Assembly: GCA_044237035.1 (NCBI GenBank)
Contig: JBIIFU010000008.1
Location: 18,429 to 82,428, forward strand
From: Crocinitomicaceae bacterium
GTDB lineage: Bacteria; Bacteroidota; Bacteroidia; Flavobacteriales_D; Crocinitomicaceae
Direction: 5' to 3'
DNA length: 64,000 nucleotides
Shown here: one piece after another, positions 26,263 through 35,228 of the stretch
Layout: every line of letters starts with the position of its first letter
Numbering within the stretch: position 1 is the stretch's first letter
The notes under the pieces: generated by a model
Told to the model about the DNA's origin: nothing
Databases searched by the model: none
What the model saw: only the letters and a program-made list of their open reading frames with translations
Position numbers and translations under genes: made by a program

Positions 26263-29200
26263 TTAACTTATGCCTTCGGTAGAGCCTATTAGAACATCAT
26301 CGTCCAAATTCTTTTTCTTTCTGAAATTTAATTTTTCTTTTAGTCGATCTACAATGTAATACATCATTGGTACAACAATAATCGTCAAGAACATTGAGCT
26401 TGTTAATCCACCTATTAGAATCCAAGCTAACCCATTTTTCCATTCTGCACCCGAGCCTTTTGCAATTGCGATTGGAATCATTCCAATAACCATGGCGATA
26501 GTAGTCATTAAAATTGGTCGCATACGTTCTCTTACTGCTTCTAGGAGAGAATCATAGGTGTTTTTTCCTTCCGCCTTGAGATGGTTTGTAAAATCGACAA
26601 TTAAAATGGCGTTTTTGGCAACCAAACCAAGAAGCATTAACATTCCAAGCATGGTAAAAATACCCATACTTGATGAGGTTAAATTAAGTGCTAGAATGGC
26701 ACCAATTAGTGAAACAAGAATTGAAAATAACACTACAAATGGATATACGAAATTATCGTAAAGCGCCACCATAATTAGATATACCAAGATCAGTCCAATA
26801 CCCATTGCTGTTCCTAATGCACCCATCGATTCTTTTTGGCGTTTTACCTCTCCTCCCCAAAGCATACGTATATTTTTATCAAGCGGATTTTTCTCTAAGT
26901 ATTTCTCAATTTCAGTAGCAACATTACCAGATGCTGTCCCAAGAACGTAGCTTCGAATTGTTGTATTAGAAATTCTATTCTTTCTTTCCAAAGACCCATT
27001 GCCATTATCCACACTTACTTTAGCAAATTCAGCCAAACGAATTTGTCGGCCATCGTTGGTAGAGAACATCATTTCTTCAATATCATCAGCACTTCGTCTA
27101 TCAAATTTATCAAGCATTATTCTGATGTCATATTCTTCGCCTTTATCGTCAAATTGTGCATCGTCATTACCTGTAAGCGCATTTTGAAGCTGCATTCCTA
27201 CAGAAGCAATTGGCAAACTTAAAACCCCCATTTTATCTCGATCCAATTCAACACGAACCTCTGGTGTTATATCATCCGTTGAAATGCTCGGATCCTTTGC
27301 GCCTTTCATTGCTTGAATGGCATTTTTTAATCGACGAGCTTCTTTGAGTAATAATTCATTGTCGTCGGAGGAAAGGAAAATTTCAATGGGAGCTTCTTCT
27401 GATTGAACCATACCGATATTCAAGGCTTTCACTTCAATACCAGGATATTTACTTTCAATTTTATCACGAAGCTTGTTCATGTAATCAGCTGTTGGATATA
27501 CATTTTGCATTCCATCTTTCATCTGAACCGTTATTTCAGATTTATTTTCAGCACCGAAAGCAGCAGCTCCCATGCCTGAACTTGGACCTCCCACGTTAGA
27601 AAAAACGATATCAACCACCTCTTTTTGAGCGAGAATAAGTTGTTCGATTTCTAAGGTTGTGGCATTGTTTTCTTCGAAAGTTGTGCTTTTGTCGTACTTC
27701 AATTTAATCATGAACTTTCCTTGATCTCCTTGAGCTACAAACTCTTGACCCACAATTCCCAACCCCATGCTTGCCATGCTTGCCACAAACAAAACAATAA
27801 TCCCAACTCCCATTATTATTTTATGTCGTAAGGACCACGCAACCAGACTAACATAAGCTTCAGTGAAAATAGTTACTCGTCTTTCAAACCAAAGAAGTAT
27901 AGCTTGAAAAGGATTTTTAGGATTTAATTTAACTTCTTTTGCAAAACGTGAAGCTAACCAAGGCGTTAGGGTGAAACAAACAAATAAAGACATTAAAGTT
28001 GATACCACCACTACAACTGAAAACTGACGAAGAATATCTGAGATTACACCTTCAATGAAAATTACGGGTGAGAATACAACAACATCGACAAGGGTAATTG
28101 CTAGTGCGGTGAATCCAATTTCATTTCTTCCATCTAATGCTGCTTGCCGCCTATTTTTTCCCATTTGTAAGTGGCGGTAGATATTTTCCAATACTACAAT
28201 CGAGTCATCCACAAGAATTCCAATTACCAATGACATCGCTAGTAAAGTCATTAAGTTCAAGGTGTAGCCCATCAAATACATCGCGATAAAAGTGGAGATA
28301 AGTGAAGCTGGAATTGAAATTAAAACGATAAATGCGTTTCGAAGACTATGCAAAAACAATAACATCACAGCAGCAACGAGTATTACGGCTAATTCCAAAT
28401 CGTGAATTACTGCATTTACCGAACTAATGGTTGGGATGGAAGTATCAGTAGCAACTGTGAATTTTACGCCTTCCTTTTTGTATTTTTCTTCAATTTGTTT
28501 GAACCTATCTTTAGTTGCGGTAGACATATCGACGGCATTTGCATCACTTTGTTTCATGATACGCAAACCAACTCCGTTCTCGCCATTATATCTACTAATG
28601 GCAATCTGATCTTCTTTAGAATCTGATATGCTGGCTACATCTTTTAAACGAACTAATGAGTTGTTATTTGAAATTAAAACGTGATCACCTAATTCTTTGA
28701 CCGATTTGAATTTCCCTGAAAGGCGAACGGTCATTTGTTCGTTTTCATTTTTTACTTTTCCAGTCGGGAAATCAACGTTGGCAGCTGAAATAGATTGATT
28801 AACATTTGCTAAAGTCAATCCAAAAGCTTTTAATTTATCTGCATCAATATCAATTTTAAATTCTCGTCTTTCCCCTCCAATTACTTGAACTTCAGCAACA
28901 CCTTTTGTTTGTTTTATGGAAGGTAAAATTTGGTTATCCATCAATTGCATAAAATCTTTGTCGGTCATATTCGGTGCAATGGCACTTACTTGAAGAACAG
29001 GAGCAGCATTCGGTTCTATTTTAGCCAAAATAGGTTTTTGAGCACTAGAAGGAAGCTTATTCTGAACGTTATTAATTTTTCGTTGAGCATCCTGGAGAGC
29101 TTCATCCATGTCTGCTGATGGCTTAAACTCAAGAAGAACAACTGAGGCATTGTCTAGAGAAAAGGAGGTTACTTCAGCAATATTCTCCAATCCACTTAAG

Positions 29201-29409
29201 GCATCTTCCAATGGTTTTGAAACTTGATTTTCAACGGTTGCCGGTGAGGCTCCAGGATAGGTTGTTGTTACAGTTAGAATGGGCGGAGAAAAATCAGGTA
29301 AAAGCTCGTAGCTTAATTGGTTATAGCTGATTAATCCACCACCAATGAGTATCGTAAATATTACAATAATGAATGAAGGTCGTTTTATGGATAATTCGGT
29401 CAGTGTCAT
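26263..29409 (-). CDS. efflux RND transporter permease subunit (AcrB/HAE1 type)
   Basis: 1048 aa with a 12-TM architecture and two large periplasmic loops. It carries MTLTELSIKRP, VDDSIVVLENI and VDFTN motifs. Confidence 0.95.
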   Translation of the reverse strand: MTLTELSIKRPSFIIVIFTILIGGGLISYNQLSYELLPDFSPPILTVTTTYPGASPATVENQVSKPLEDALSGLENIAEVTSFSLDNASVVLLEFKPSADMDEALQDAQRKINNVQNKLPSSAQKPILAKIEPNAAPVLQVSAIAPNMTDKDFMQLMDNQILPSIKQTKGVAEVQVIGGERREFKIDIDADKLKAFGLTLANVNQSISAANVDFPTGKVKNENEQMTVRLSGKFKSVKELGDHVLISNNNSLVRLKDVASISDSKEDQIAISRYNGENGVGLRIMKQSDANAVDMSTATKDRFKQIEEKYKKEGVKFTVATDTSIPTISSVNAVIHDLELAVILVAAVMLLFLHSLRNAFIVLISIPASLISTFIAMYLMGYTLNLMTLLAMSLVIGILVDDSIVVLENIYRHLQMGKNRRQAALDGRNEIGFTALAITLVDVVVFSPVIFIEGVISDILRQFSVVVVVSTLMSLFVCFTLTPWLASRFAKEVKLNPKNPFQAILLWFERRVTIFTEAYVSLVAWSLRHKIIMGVGIIVLFVASMASMGLGIVGQEFVAQGDQGKFMIKLKYDKSTTFEENNATTLEIEQLILAQKEVVDIVFSNVGGPSSGMGAAAFGAENKSEITVQMKDGMQNVYPTADYMNKLRDKIESKYPGIEVKALNIGMVQSEEAPIEIFLSSDDNELLLKEARRLKNAIQAMKGAKDPSISTDDITPEVRVELDRDKMGVLSLPIASVGMQLQNALTGNDDAQFDDKGEEYDIRIMLDKFDRRSADDIEEMMFSTNDGRQIRLAEFAKVSVDNGNGSLERKNRISNTTIRSYVLGTASGNVATEIEKYLEKNPLDKNIRMLWGGEVKRQKESMGALGTAMGIGLILVYLIMVALYDNFVYPFVVLFSILVSLIGAILALNLTSSSMGIFTMLGMLMLLGLVAKNAILIVDFTNHLKAEGKNTYDSLLEAVRERMRPILMTTIAMVIGMIPIAIAKGSGAEWKNGLAWILIGGLTSSMFLTIIVVPMMYYIVDRLKEKLNFRKKKNLDDDVLIGSTEGIS

Positions 29410-29420
29410 CTCAGCTACGT

Positions 29421-30470
29421 CTATTTAATTTTAACATTTGAATTATTCTTCAAATTCACTTGACCTTTGATTACGACTTTATCGGTTTCAGCAATTCCAG
29501 AGACAACCTCAATGTAATCACTGTCAGAAGTACCTGCATTAAAGGAGGTTAAAACAGCTTTTCCATTTTTTACGACATAAACTTGCGGACTTTTTGTTGA
29601 ACCAACGAGCGTTTTTCTCGGAATAGAAAGAGCATTGATACTCGATCCACTCGCCAAATTTGCAGTAGCAAACATTCCTGCTTTTAAATCGTTTGAGCTA
29701 TTTTTAATTTCAACTTGAACCTTTACATTATGTGTTTTATCAGCTTGGGGAGAAATAGTTTTAATCGTTCCTGTGATTATTTCATCAGGTTTGATATCAG
29801 CTGTCACATCGACTTTTTGACCCACTTTAAATTTATTTATATCACGTTCTGGAATATTTACTGCCAGTTTCAACACGGAGATATCAGTTATTTCAGCAAC
29901 GGGAGTTCCCGCCCCAATCACGGAACCTAAGTCAATCATTTTCTTCGTAATTATTCCATTGAAAGGTGAAATAATGGTACAACCTTTAATTTGTTTTAAG
30001 ATTTGTGCTTTTTGAATTTCTAGCCCTTTGATTGCTAATTCAACTTTTTCTAATTGTATATCGGGAGCTGCATTTTGTTCTGCTAGAATTCGGTAGCGTT
30101 GTTCATCTTTGCGCTGACCGTCTAAATTGACTTCGACGGTTTGTAATTGAAGTCTGAGCATTTCATCATCCAATTTAGCTAAAACGCTTCCTTTTTTCAC
30201 AACATCTCCTTCCTCAAATTCAACGCTCAATACTTTACCTTGACCTTCTGCGCTTACCATCGCTTGTTTATTTGGCTCAAAGGTTCCTAAGTAAGAAAAT
30301 TGACTGTCAAACGTATGTACTTGAGGCTTTGTAGTTTCTACTAAAACTGATGCGTTTACATCGTGAATATAAATTTTGGCAGCAGCCTTTTCCTTATTTC
30401 CAAGTAAGGTAATGATTGTCAACACAACTAATGCGATTCCAATTATACTTACAATTATAACTCTCTTCAT
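29421..30470 (-). CDS. efflux RND transporter periplasmic adaptor subunit
   Basis: 349 aa with an N-terminal anchor, a lipoyl/hairpin pattern (G.V..V.FEEGD.VKKG.VLAKLDD) and ISPFNG.I motifs. It is adjacent to the RND pump. Confidence 0.9.
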   Translation of the reverse strand: MKRVIIVSIIGIALVVLTIITLLGNKEKAAAKIYIHDVNASVLVETTKPQVHTFDSQFSYLGTFEPNKQAMVSAEGQGKVLSVEFEEGDVVKKGSVLAKLDDEMLRLQLQTVEVNLDGQRKDEQRYRILAEQNAAPDIQLEKVELAIKGLEIQKAQILKQIKGCTIISPFNGIITKKMIDLGSVIGAGTPVAEITDISVLKLAVNIPERDINKFKVGQKVDVTADIKPDEIITGTIKTISPQADKTHNVKVQVEIKNSSNDLKAGMFATANLASGSSINALSIPRKTLVGSTKSPQVYVVKNGKAVLTSFNAGTSDSDYIEVVSGIAETDKVVIKGQVNLKNNSNVKIK

Positions 30471-30477
30471 TCTACTC

Positions 30478-31794
30478 TTATTTTATATTTCCTATTGATT
30501 TTAGGTATTGAATTTCTGCTTGTCTTAATTTGATGTAGGTGTTTATCAAATTGCTTTGTGCTTGCTGAACACCATTATCTGCTTGGATTAAATCATTCGT
30601 GCTTATGGTTCCTTGTTTAAATAAGTTTTCGGTTTGTCGATATACTTTTTGTGCCAATTCCAATTGGTTTTTATTTAATCTCAATGCGTTAGATTGATTA
30701 TCAATTTCTCGACGAGCATTTAACGTGCTTTGTTCCAATTGTTGTTTTAAGTAAGCTTCTTGATTCTCTAGTTTTTCGCGGTTAATTACATTCATTTTTT
30801 GTTTGTAATGTTTCTCTAAACCATCAAAAAGAGTCCAATCCAATCGCAATCCAACAAAAGCAGATTCAATACCTGTTCTGAAATTATCTTCAGGCTTGAG
30901 ATTGTAGGTGTAATTGTAGGCAGCGTAAAAGGATAAATTTGGTAAATAAGCCATTTTATTCCCTTTGTTTTCTTCTAAATTCATTTGTTTTTGTGCCTCT
31001 AATAAGTCGAGTTGAGGTCTGTAAATGGTTGTTGTGTCAACCAAAATAGTTTTTTCAATCAATTCATCCGAAAGTATTGAAATTCGATTTTGAACCGGAA
31101 TTCCGGTAAGAATACACAATGCATCCTCTATTTGCTGCTTGGTAGAATTAATGTTTTGAATGGCATTTTCAAGTGAAAGTTTATTAAGAGTTAATTTGTC
31201 TATTTCTAGAGGTGTCAGCAAACCTTGCTTGACCATCGCATTCATATTGGAAATCAACTTATCTAAGTTCTGAATATTGCTATCTATAAAAGATTTTTGT
31301 TCGTTTAATGCTTGAAGATTAAAATAAGCACTAGCAATTTGATACTTGATTTCATCTTGAGTTAATTTATATTGTAGATCAACAATTTTCTTATTTATAT
31401 CAAGAACAGCAAGTCCATAATCCAACTGAGAGTTATAGATGATTTGAGTAAGTTGGATTGTATTTCCTAAATTGTACGGAACCCCAAATTTTACGGTTGA
31501 GTACGTTCCTGGTTGACCACCAAAGAAAGCCGCCGGGACAACTTGGCCGGGAATCAATGCATTGTATCTGTAATCACCTGTGGCTGTGATTTTTGGAAAG
31601 CGCGCTGCGAGATAGGAATTTTTCTGTTTACCATTAATTTCAATATCGAGTTTTGCATTCCGGACAGATGGATTTGCAGTATCAGCGATTTGCAGAAGTT
31701 GTTGAAGACTGTAAACTTGACTGGTAATCTCTGTTGAAATTAACGTACAAAGCGCAACAAAAAACAATTTTGCAAGAAATGTATAGTTCATCAT
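30478..31794 (-). CDS. TolC family outer membrane efflux protein
   Basis: 438 aa with a signal peptide and two coiled-coil/barrel repeats (NP....A.LDI......K......R.PKI...G.Y). It is the first structural gene of the efflux operon. Confidence 0.88.
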   Translation of the reverse strand: MMNYTFLAKLFFVALCTLISTEITSQVYSLQQLLQIADTANPSVRNAKLDIEINGKQKNSYLAARFPKITATGDYRYNALIPGQVVPAAFFGGQPGTYSTVKFGVPYNLGNTIQLTQIIYNSQLDYGLAVLDINKKIVDLQYKLTQDEIKYQIASAYFNLQALNEQKSFIDSNIQNLDKLISNMNAMVKQGLLTPLEIDKLTLNKLSLENAIQNINSTKQQIEDALCILTGIPVQNRISILSDELIEKTILVDTTTIYRPQLDLLEAQKQMNLEENKGNKMAYLPNLSFYAAYNYTYNLKPEDNFRTGIESAFVGLRLDWTLFDGLEKHYKQKMNVINREKLENQEAYLKQQLEQSTLNARREIDNQSNALRLNKNQLELAQKVYRQTENLFKQGTISTNDLIQADNGVQQAQSNLINTYIKLRQAEIQYLKSIGNIK

Positions 31795-31795
31795 A

Positions 31796-32410
31796 TTAAT
31801 CGTTTTTTGGAAATAAATAGCTCAACAACATTTCTTTAACCACCTCTTTGTGATGTAAAAGTTGGGATTCATATTGTTCATCCGTTAAACCATTCAATTG
31901 TTGATTAAGTAGTCTTGCCATGAAGGGATGTTGACAATTAGCCGTAATTAGCATGATTAGACTCACCAAATCTACCTTTCTCATTATTCCTTTTTCTTGA
32001 GCCTCAATGGTTTCTTGAAAAATCCCTGTTGATCCAATTTTAGATAAAAGTATGTGTGGTTCAATTCCGGCATTTTTATTTCTTGACATTTCGTTGATGA
32101 TAAACATCGGAATTTCAGGGTGTTTACCTAAGAATTCAAACTCACGGTCAATCAAATGACTTACTTTTTCTTTGAGGCTCAGGTTAGCCGAAAACACGTT
32201 TACCATTGAAAGAAGAAAATCTTCGGTAACGGATTGATAAATAAGTAGAAAAAGTTGATTTTTTGAACGAAAATAATAATTCACCAATGCCACATTAGTT
32301 CCGGCTTCTTTTGCGATTTCACGTGAAGTACACCCAGAAAAGCCTTTGGTAACAAAAACGCGTTTCGCGGCTGCTTTTATTTTTTCTTCGGCCTGTGAGT
32401 CTTTTGGCAT
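31796..32410 (-). CDS. TetR/AcrR family transcriptional regulator
   Basis: I trimmed to ATG 32410 (MPKDSQAEEKI). It has the TetR HTH AAKRVF..KGF.G.TSREIAKEAGTNVALVNYYFRSK. It ends 1 nt before the TolC gene start. Confidence 0.9.
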   Translation of the reverse strand: MPKDSQAEEKIKAAAKRVFVTKGFSGCTSREIAKEAGTNVALVNYYFRSKNQLFLLIYQSVTEDFLLSMVNVFSANLSLKEKVSHLIDREFEFLGKHPEIPMFIINEMSRNKNAGIEPHILLSKIGSTGIFQETIEAQEKGIMRKVDLVSLIMLITANCQHPFMARLLNQQLNGLTDEQYESQLLHHKEVVKEMLLSYLFPKND

Positions 32411-32442
32411 AAGTGAGATATCGATGCAAATATAAACAGAGA

Positions 32443-32462
32443 TTTTAAACAATTGTTTAAAA
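32443..32462. promoter_or_regulatory. 20-bp perfect palindrome TTTTAAACAATTGTTTAAAA, candidate TetR operator
   Basis: A perfect inverted repeat 33 nt upstream of the TetR ATG, in the only promoter region of the tetR-tolC-MFP-RND operon. Confidence 0.55.
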
Positions 32463-32549
32463 CAAAGAAATAAAGTTTATATTTTCTTGATTTTTAAATA
32501 GAAATTCTAATTAGGTATGAAATTATGGAGAAAAATCAGAAGGATTATT

Positions 32550-33080
32550 TCAAGATTTACGCAATCTTTTGTACCATTTTATGGCTATCATTAAGGTAAT
32601 TCCAACAGCGAAGAAGCCTATTACACCGTTTATCCAATTTAAGCTGTTTTTTAAAACTACAAGAAATACAATACTTACTAGAAATAAAGTAGCTACTTCG
32701 TTCCAAATTCGTAATTGTGTGGAGGTCCAATTGAATTTGTTTTCCGAGAAATTAAACAGTATTTTTTGGCAAATAAAATGGTAAATAAGAAGTAAAACAA
32801 CAAAGCCTAGTTTAAGATGCATCCACGTTGAAACCTTATAATAATCCCAATTTAGAAGTAGCATCCATGTTCCAAAAACAACCGTTAAAATCATGGCAGG
32901 AGTCGTAATTATCCACCACAACTTTTTTTCCATTATAAGAAATTGATTAGATAAGATGGTTCTTTCTGTAGTTTCTTTTGACTGAGCTTCAATATGGTAA
33001 ATGAAAAGTCGAACCATGTAAAATAGTCCAGCGAACCAACTGACCATAAAAATTATGTGAAGCGCTTTAAGTATGTCCAT
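32550..33080 (-). CDS. hemJ: protoporphyrinogen oxidase HemJ (CopD-like membrane protein)
   Basis: 176 aa with about 5 TM helices. The N-terminus KALHIIFMVSWFAGLFYMVRLFIYH.EA is the HemJ/TIGR00701 signature. Confidence 0.82.
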   Translation of the reverse strand: MDILKALHIIFMVSWFAGLFYMVRLFIYHIEAQSKETTERTILSNQFLIMEKKLWWIITTPAMILTVVFGTWMLLLNWDYYKVSTWMHLKLGFVVLLLIYHFICQKILFNFSENKFNWTSTQLRIWNEVATLFLVSIVFLVVLKNSLNWINGVIGFFAVGITLMIAIKWYKRLRKS

Positions 33081-33130
33081 TGTGGGTTTTTACTTGTGAT
33101 GAAAGATTTAGGTTTCAAAATTAGGAAAAC

Positions 33131-33156
33131 AAAAAAGGCGAACCTTCGCTCGCCTT
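33131..33156 (-). terminator. intrinsic terminator downstream of 33178-33927
   Basis: The minus sense reads AAGGCGAgcgaaggtTCGCCTT followed by a T-run. Confidence 0.55.
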
Positions 33157-33177
33157 CAAATATAAAGCTATAAATCC

Positions 33178-33927
33178 TTATTGTTTTGTGTATGTCGCTG
33201 TACATTGACCTGCTCCACCAATTGCAGGAAGGTCGTTGTTATAGGTGTAAGTAATCGTAAACTCAGTACCTGTTGCGTTCATGGTACCCGTTCCCGAATA
33301 CGTAATTGTACCAACTCCTGCAGCATCATAGGATTGATTTGGAACCGTAATAGTCGCTCCGTTTACTGTTGCATTGGCAGTTCCTCCGGAAGCTATGGTT
33401 AACCCATTTGGTAAAATTAAAGGAATAGAAGGAATAGATATGGAGAACATTCCGTCAATTGTTAGTGCATCAGCACCGCCAATTGAAATGGTAGGCGCAC
33501 TGTTCAGCGGAAATGCCGCTCCGCAATCACTTGAAACCACCCAATTTGCAACCCAATTATCCAAACCAACAACTACATGAACCGTTCTTTTAGCTGTTGT
33601 CGTTCCATTTTCATTTGTTGCCGAGTAGGTTAATTCATAATCACCAACCGTTGCACTATTTACTTGTCCTGTAGTTGTTACAGTTACTGAACTCCCGTCT
33701 TTATTTTGGGCTGTTGCACCCGGATCAGTATAAGAAGTTCCAACGGAAATCGTTGTATCAGATGCTCCAATAACATTAATAAATGGTTTGTATAGACAAC
33801 TTCCATCATCTTTTTTGGCTTTGCTGTTGAAATTGGTTGCTGCACTATCCGTACAACCTTTCTTTTTACAAGAAGTTATTCCAGCACCCAACGTGAATGC
33901 TAAAAAGAAAATTGCTAGTTTTTTCAT
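33178..33927 (-). CDS. lipoprotein with two-Cys N-terminal module and Ig-like DUF5011 domain
   Basis: 249 aa with lipobox AGITSC. It then has GCTDSAATNFNSKAKKDDGSCLY, followed by INVIGASDTTISVGTSYTDPGATAQ..DGS.V.V...G.V...TVGDYELTY.A.N..G....KRTVHVV, the DUF5011 pattern. Confidence 0.68.
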   Translation of the reverse strand: MKKLAIFFLAFTLGAGITSCKKKGCTDSAATNFNSKAKKDDGSCLYKPFINVIGASDTTISVGTSYTDPGATAQNKDGSSVTVTTTGQVNSATVGDYELTYSATNENGTTTAKRTVHVVVGLDNWVANWVVSSDCGAAFPLNSAPTISIGGADALTIDGMFSISIPSIPLILPNGLTIASGGTANATVNGATITVPNQSYDAAGVGTITYSGTGTMNATGTEFTITYTYNNDLPAIGGAGQCTATYTKQ

Positions 33928-33973
33928 GTTTCAAATATTTAATGCGAATTTAGTAAAATATTACTTATGACAA

Positions 33974-35215
33974 ATGAAATTTAGAGCGAAAAATCAATTG
34001 ATAATTTTTATTCTTCTTATAGTGAGTATTGATATTTCAGCTCAATCTGGTTGTACTGATCCACAAGCCCAAAATTATGATGTAAATGCTGTAATCAATG
34101 ATGGTACTTGCATCTATTCTACTACTAATTATTCACCTCAATTAGTAGCTAATTTGGTCTCTGAGTTAGACGAAAACTCGGGATTGATTTTTTCAGCGAA
34201 TAGTATTTTTTCCATCAATGATGGGGGAAATTCACCTAAGATTCAAGAATTGTCTCCACAAGGAAATATTGTTGGAACTGTTCATGTAGATTCAGTACAA
34301 AACAATGATTGGGAGGCGCTTAGTCAAAGTAATAGCCAAGTTTTTATTGGAGATTTTGGAAATAATGGGGGTAATCGAATGAATTTAAAGATTCTTAAAA
34401 TTGCAAAAAATGAGCTGCAAAATTTTGATACTGTTCAGGCAAGTGCGCTACATTTTCAGTATTCAGATCAAGTAAATTTTAATAATATAGTTAATCAGCA
34501 TAATTTTGATTGCGAAGCTTTTTTCTTTTACCAAGACTCGTTTCATCTATTTACCAAAGGCTGGGAGAATTTATATACAAAGCATTATGTAATTCCTCTG
34601 AATAATGAAGATTCAGTACAAGCACAACTTCGAGATAGTTTATTTGTCGATGGTTTGATTACCGATGCTACGATTGATACAACTACGGGAAGAATTCTAT
34701 TGTTGGGGTATAAAAATAATGGATCAAATTTTTACACAAGTTTTGTTTATTTGCTATTTGATTACAATCCACATCATTTTTTCTCGGGAAATAAACGTCG
34801 AATAGAAATTGGAAATATGTTGAATGTATCTCAAACCGAAGGAATTACGTTTGAAAGCCCATCATCTGGTTTTATTAGTGCGGAAAAAATTACCTCGAGT
34901 TTATTAACTGTATCCCCTAAATTATTTCATTTTGATTTTACAAGCTATTTTGAGAATTTTAATCTTGTTCAGATGATTCTTCAATCAAATGAAATTAGAA
35001 TTTATCCCAATCCAGTTACAGAATCCATCAATTTAACAGATTGGTCAAATATGCAAGGAGTAGAAATTATAGATTGCGCTAATCAATTGGTTTTGAAGTT
35101 AATTGGTGAGGAAATAACAAAACAAATTGATATTTCTCACTTATTACAAGGCTCTTACTTTGTCAAAATAACCAAAAACGATGAGGTGATTACAATTCCA
35201 GTTATCAAGATATAG
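33974..35215 (+). CDS. secreted protein with two-Cys N-terminal module and T9SS type-A CTD
   Basis: 413 aa with signal peptide ...VSIDISA|Q and SGCTDPQAQNYDVNAVINDGTCIY. The central domain is not recognised. The C-terminus IRIYPNPVTESINL......GSYFVKITKNDEVITIPVIKI is a T9SS type-A tail. Confidence 0.75.
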   Translation: MKFRAKNQLIIFILLIVSIDISAQSGCTDPQAQNYDVNAVINDGTCIYSTTNYSPQLVANLVSELDENSGLIFSANSIFSINDGGNSPKIQELSPQGNIVGTVHVDSVQNNDWEALSQSNSQVFIGDFGNNGGNRMNLKILKIAKNELQNFDTVQASALHFQYSDQVNFNNIVNQHNFDCEAFFFYQDSFHLFTKGWENLYTKHYVIPLNNEDSVQAQLRDSLFVDGLITDATIDTTTGRILLLGYKNNGSNFYTSFVYLLFDYNPHHFFSGNKRRIEIGNMLNVSQTEGITFESPSSGFISAEKITSSLLTVSPKLFHFDFTSYFENFNLVQMILQSNEIRIYPNPVTESINLTDWSNMQGVEIIDCANQLVLKLIGEEITKQIDISHLLQGSYFVKITKNDEVITIPVIKI

Positions 35216-35228
35216 AAAAAAATTAAAT

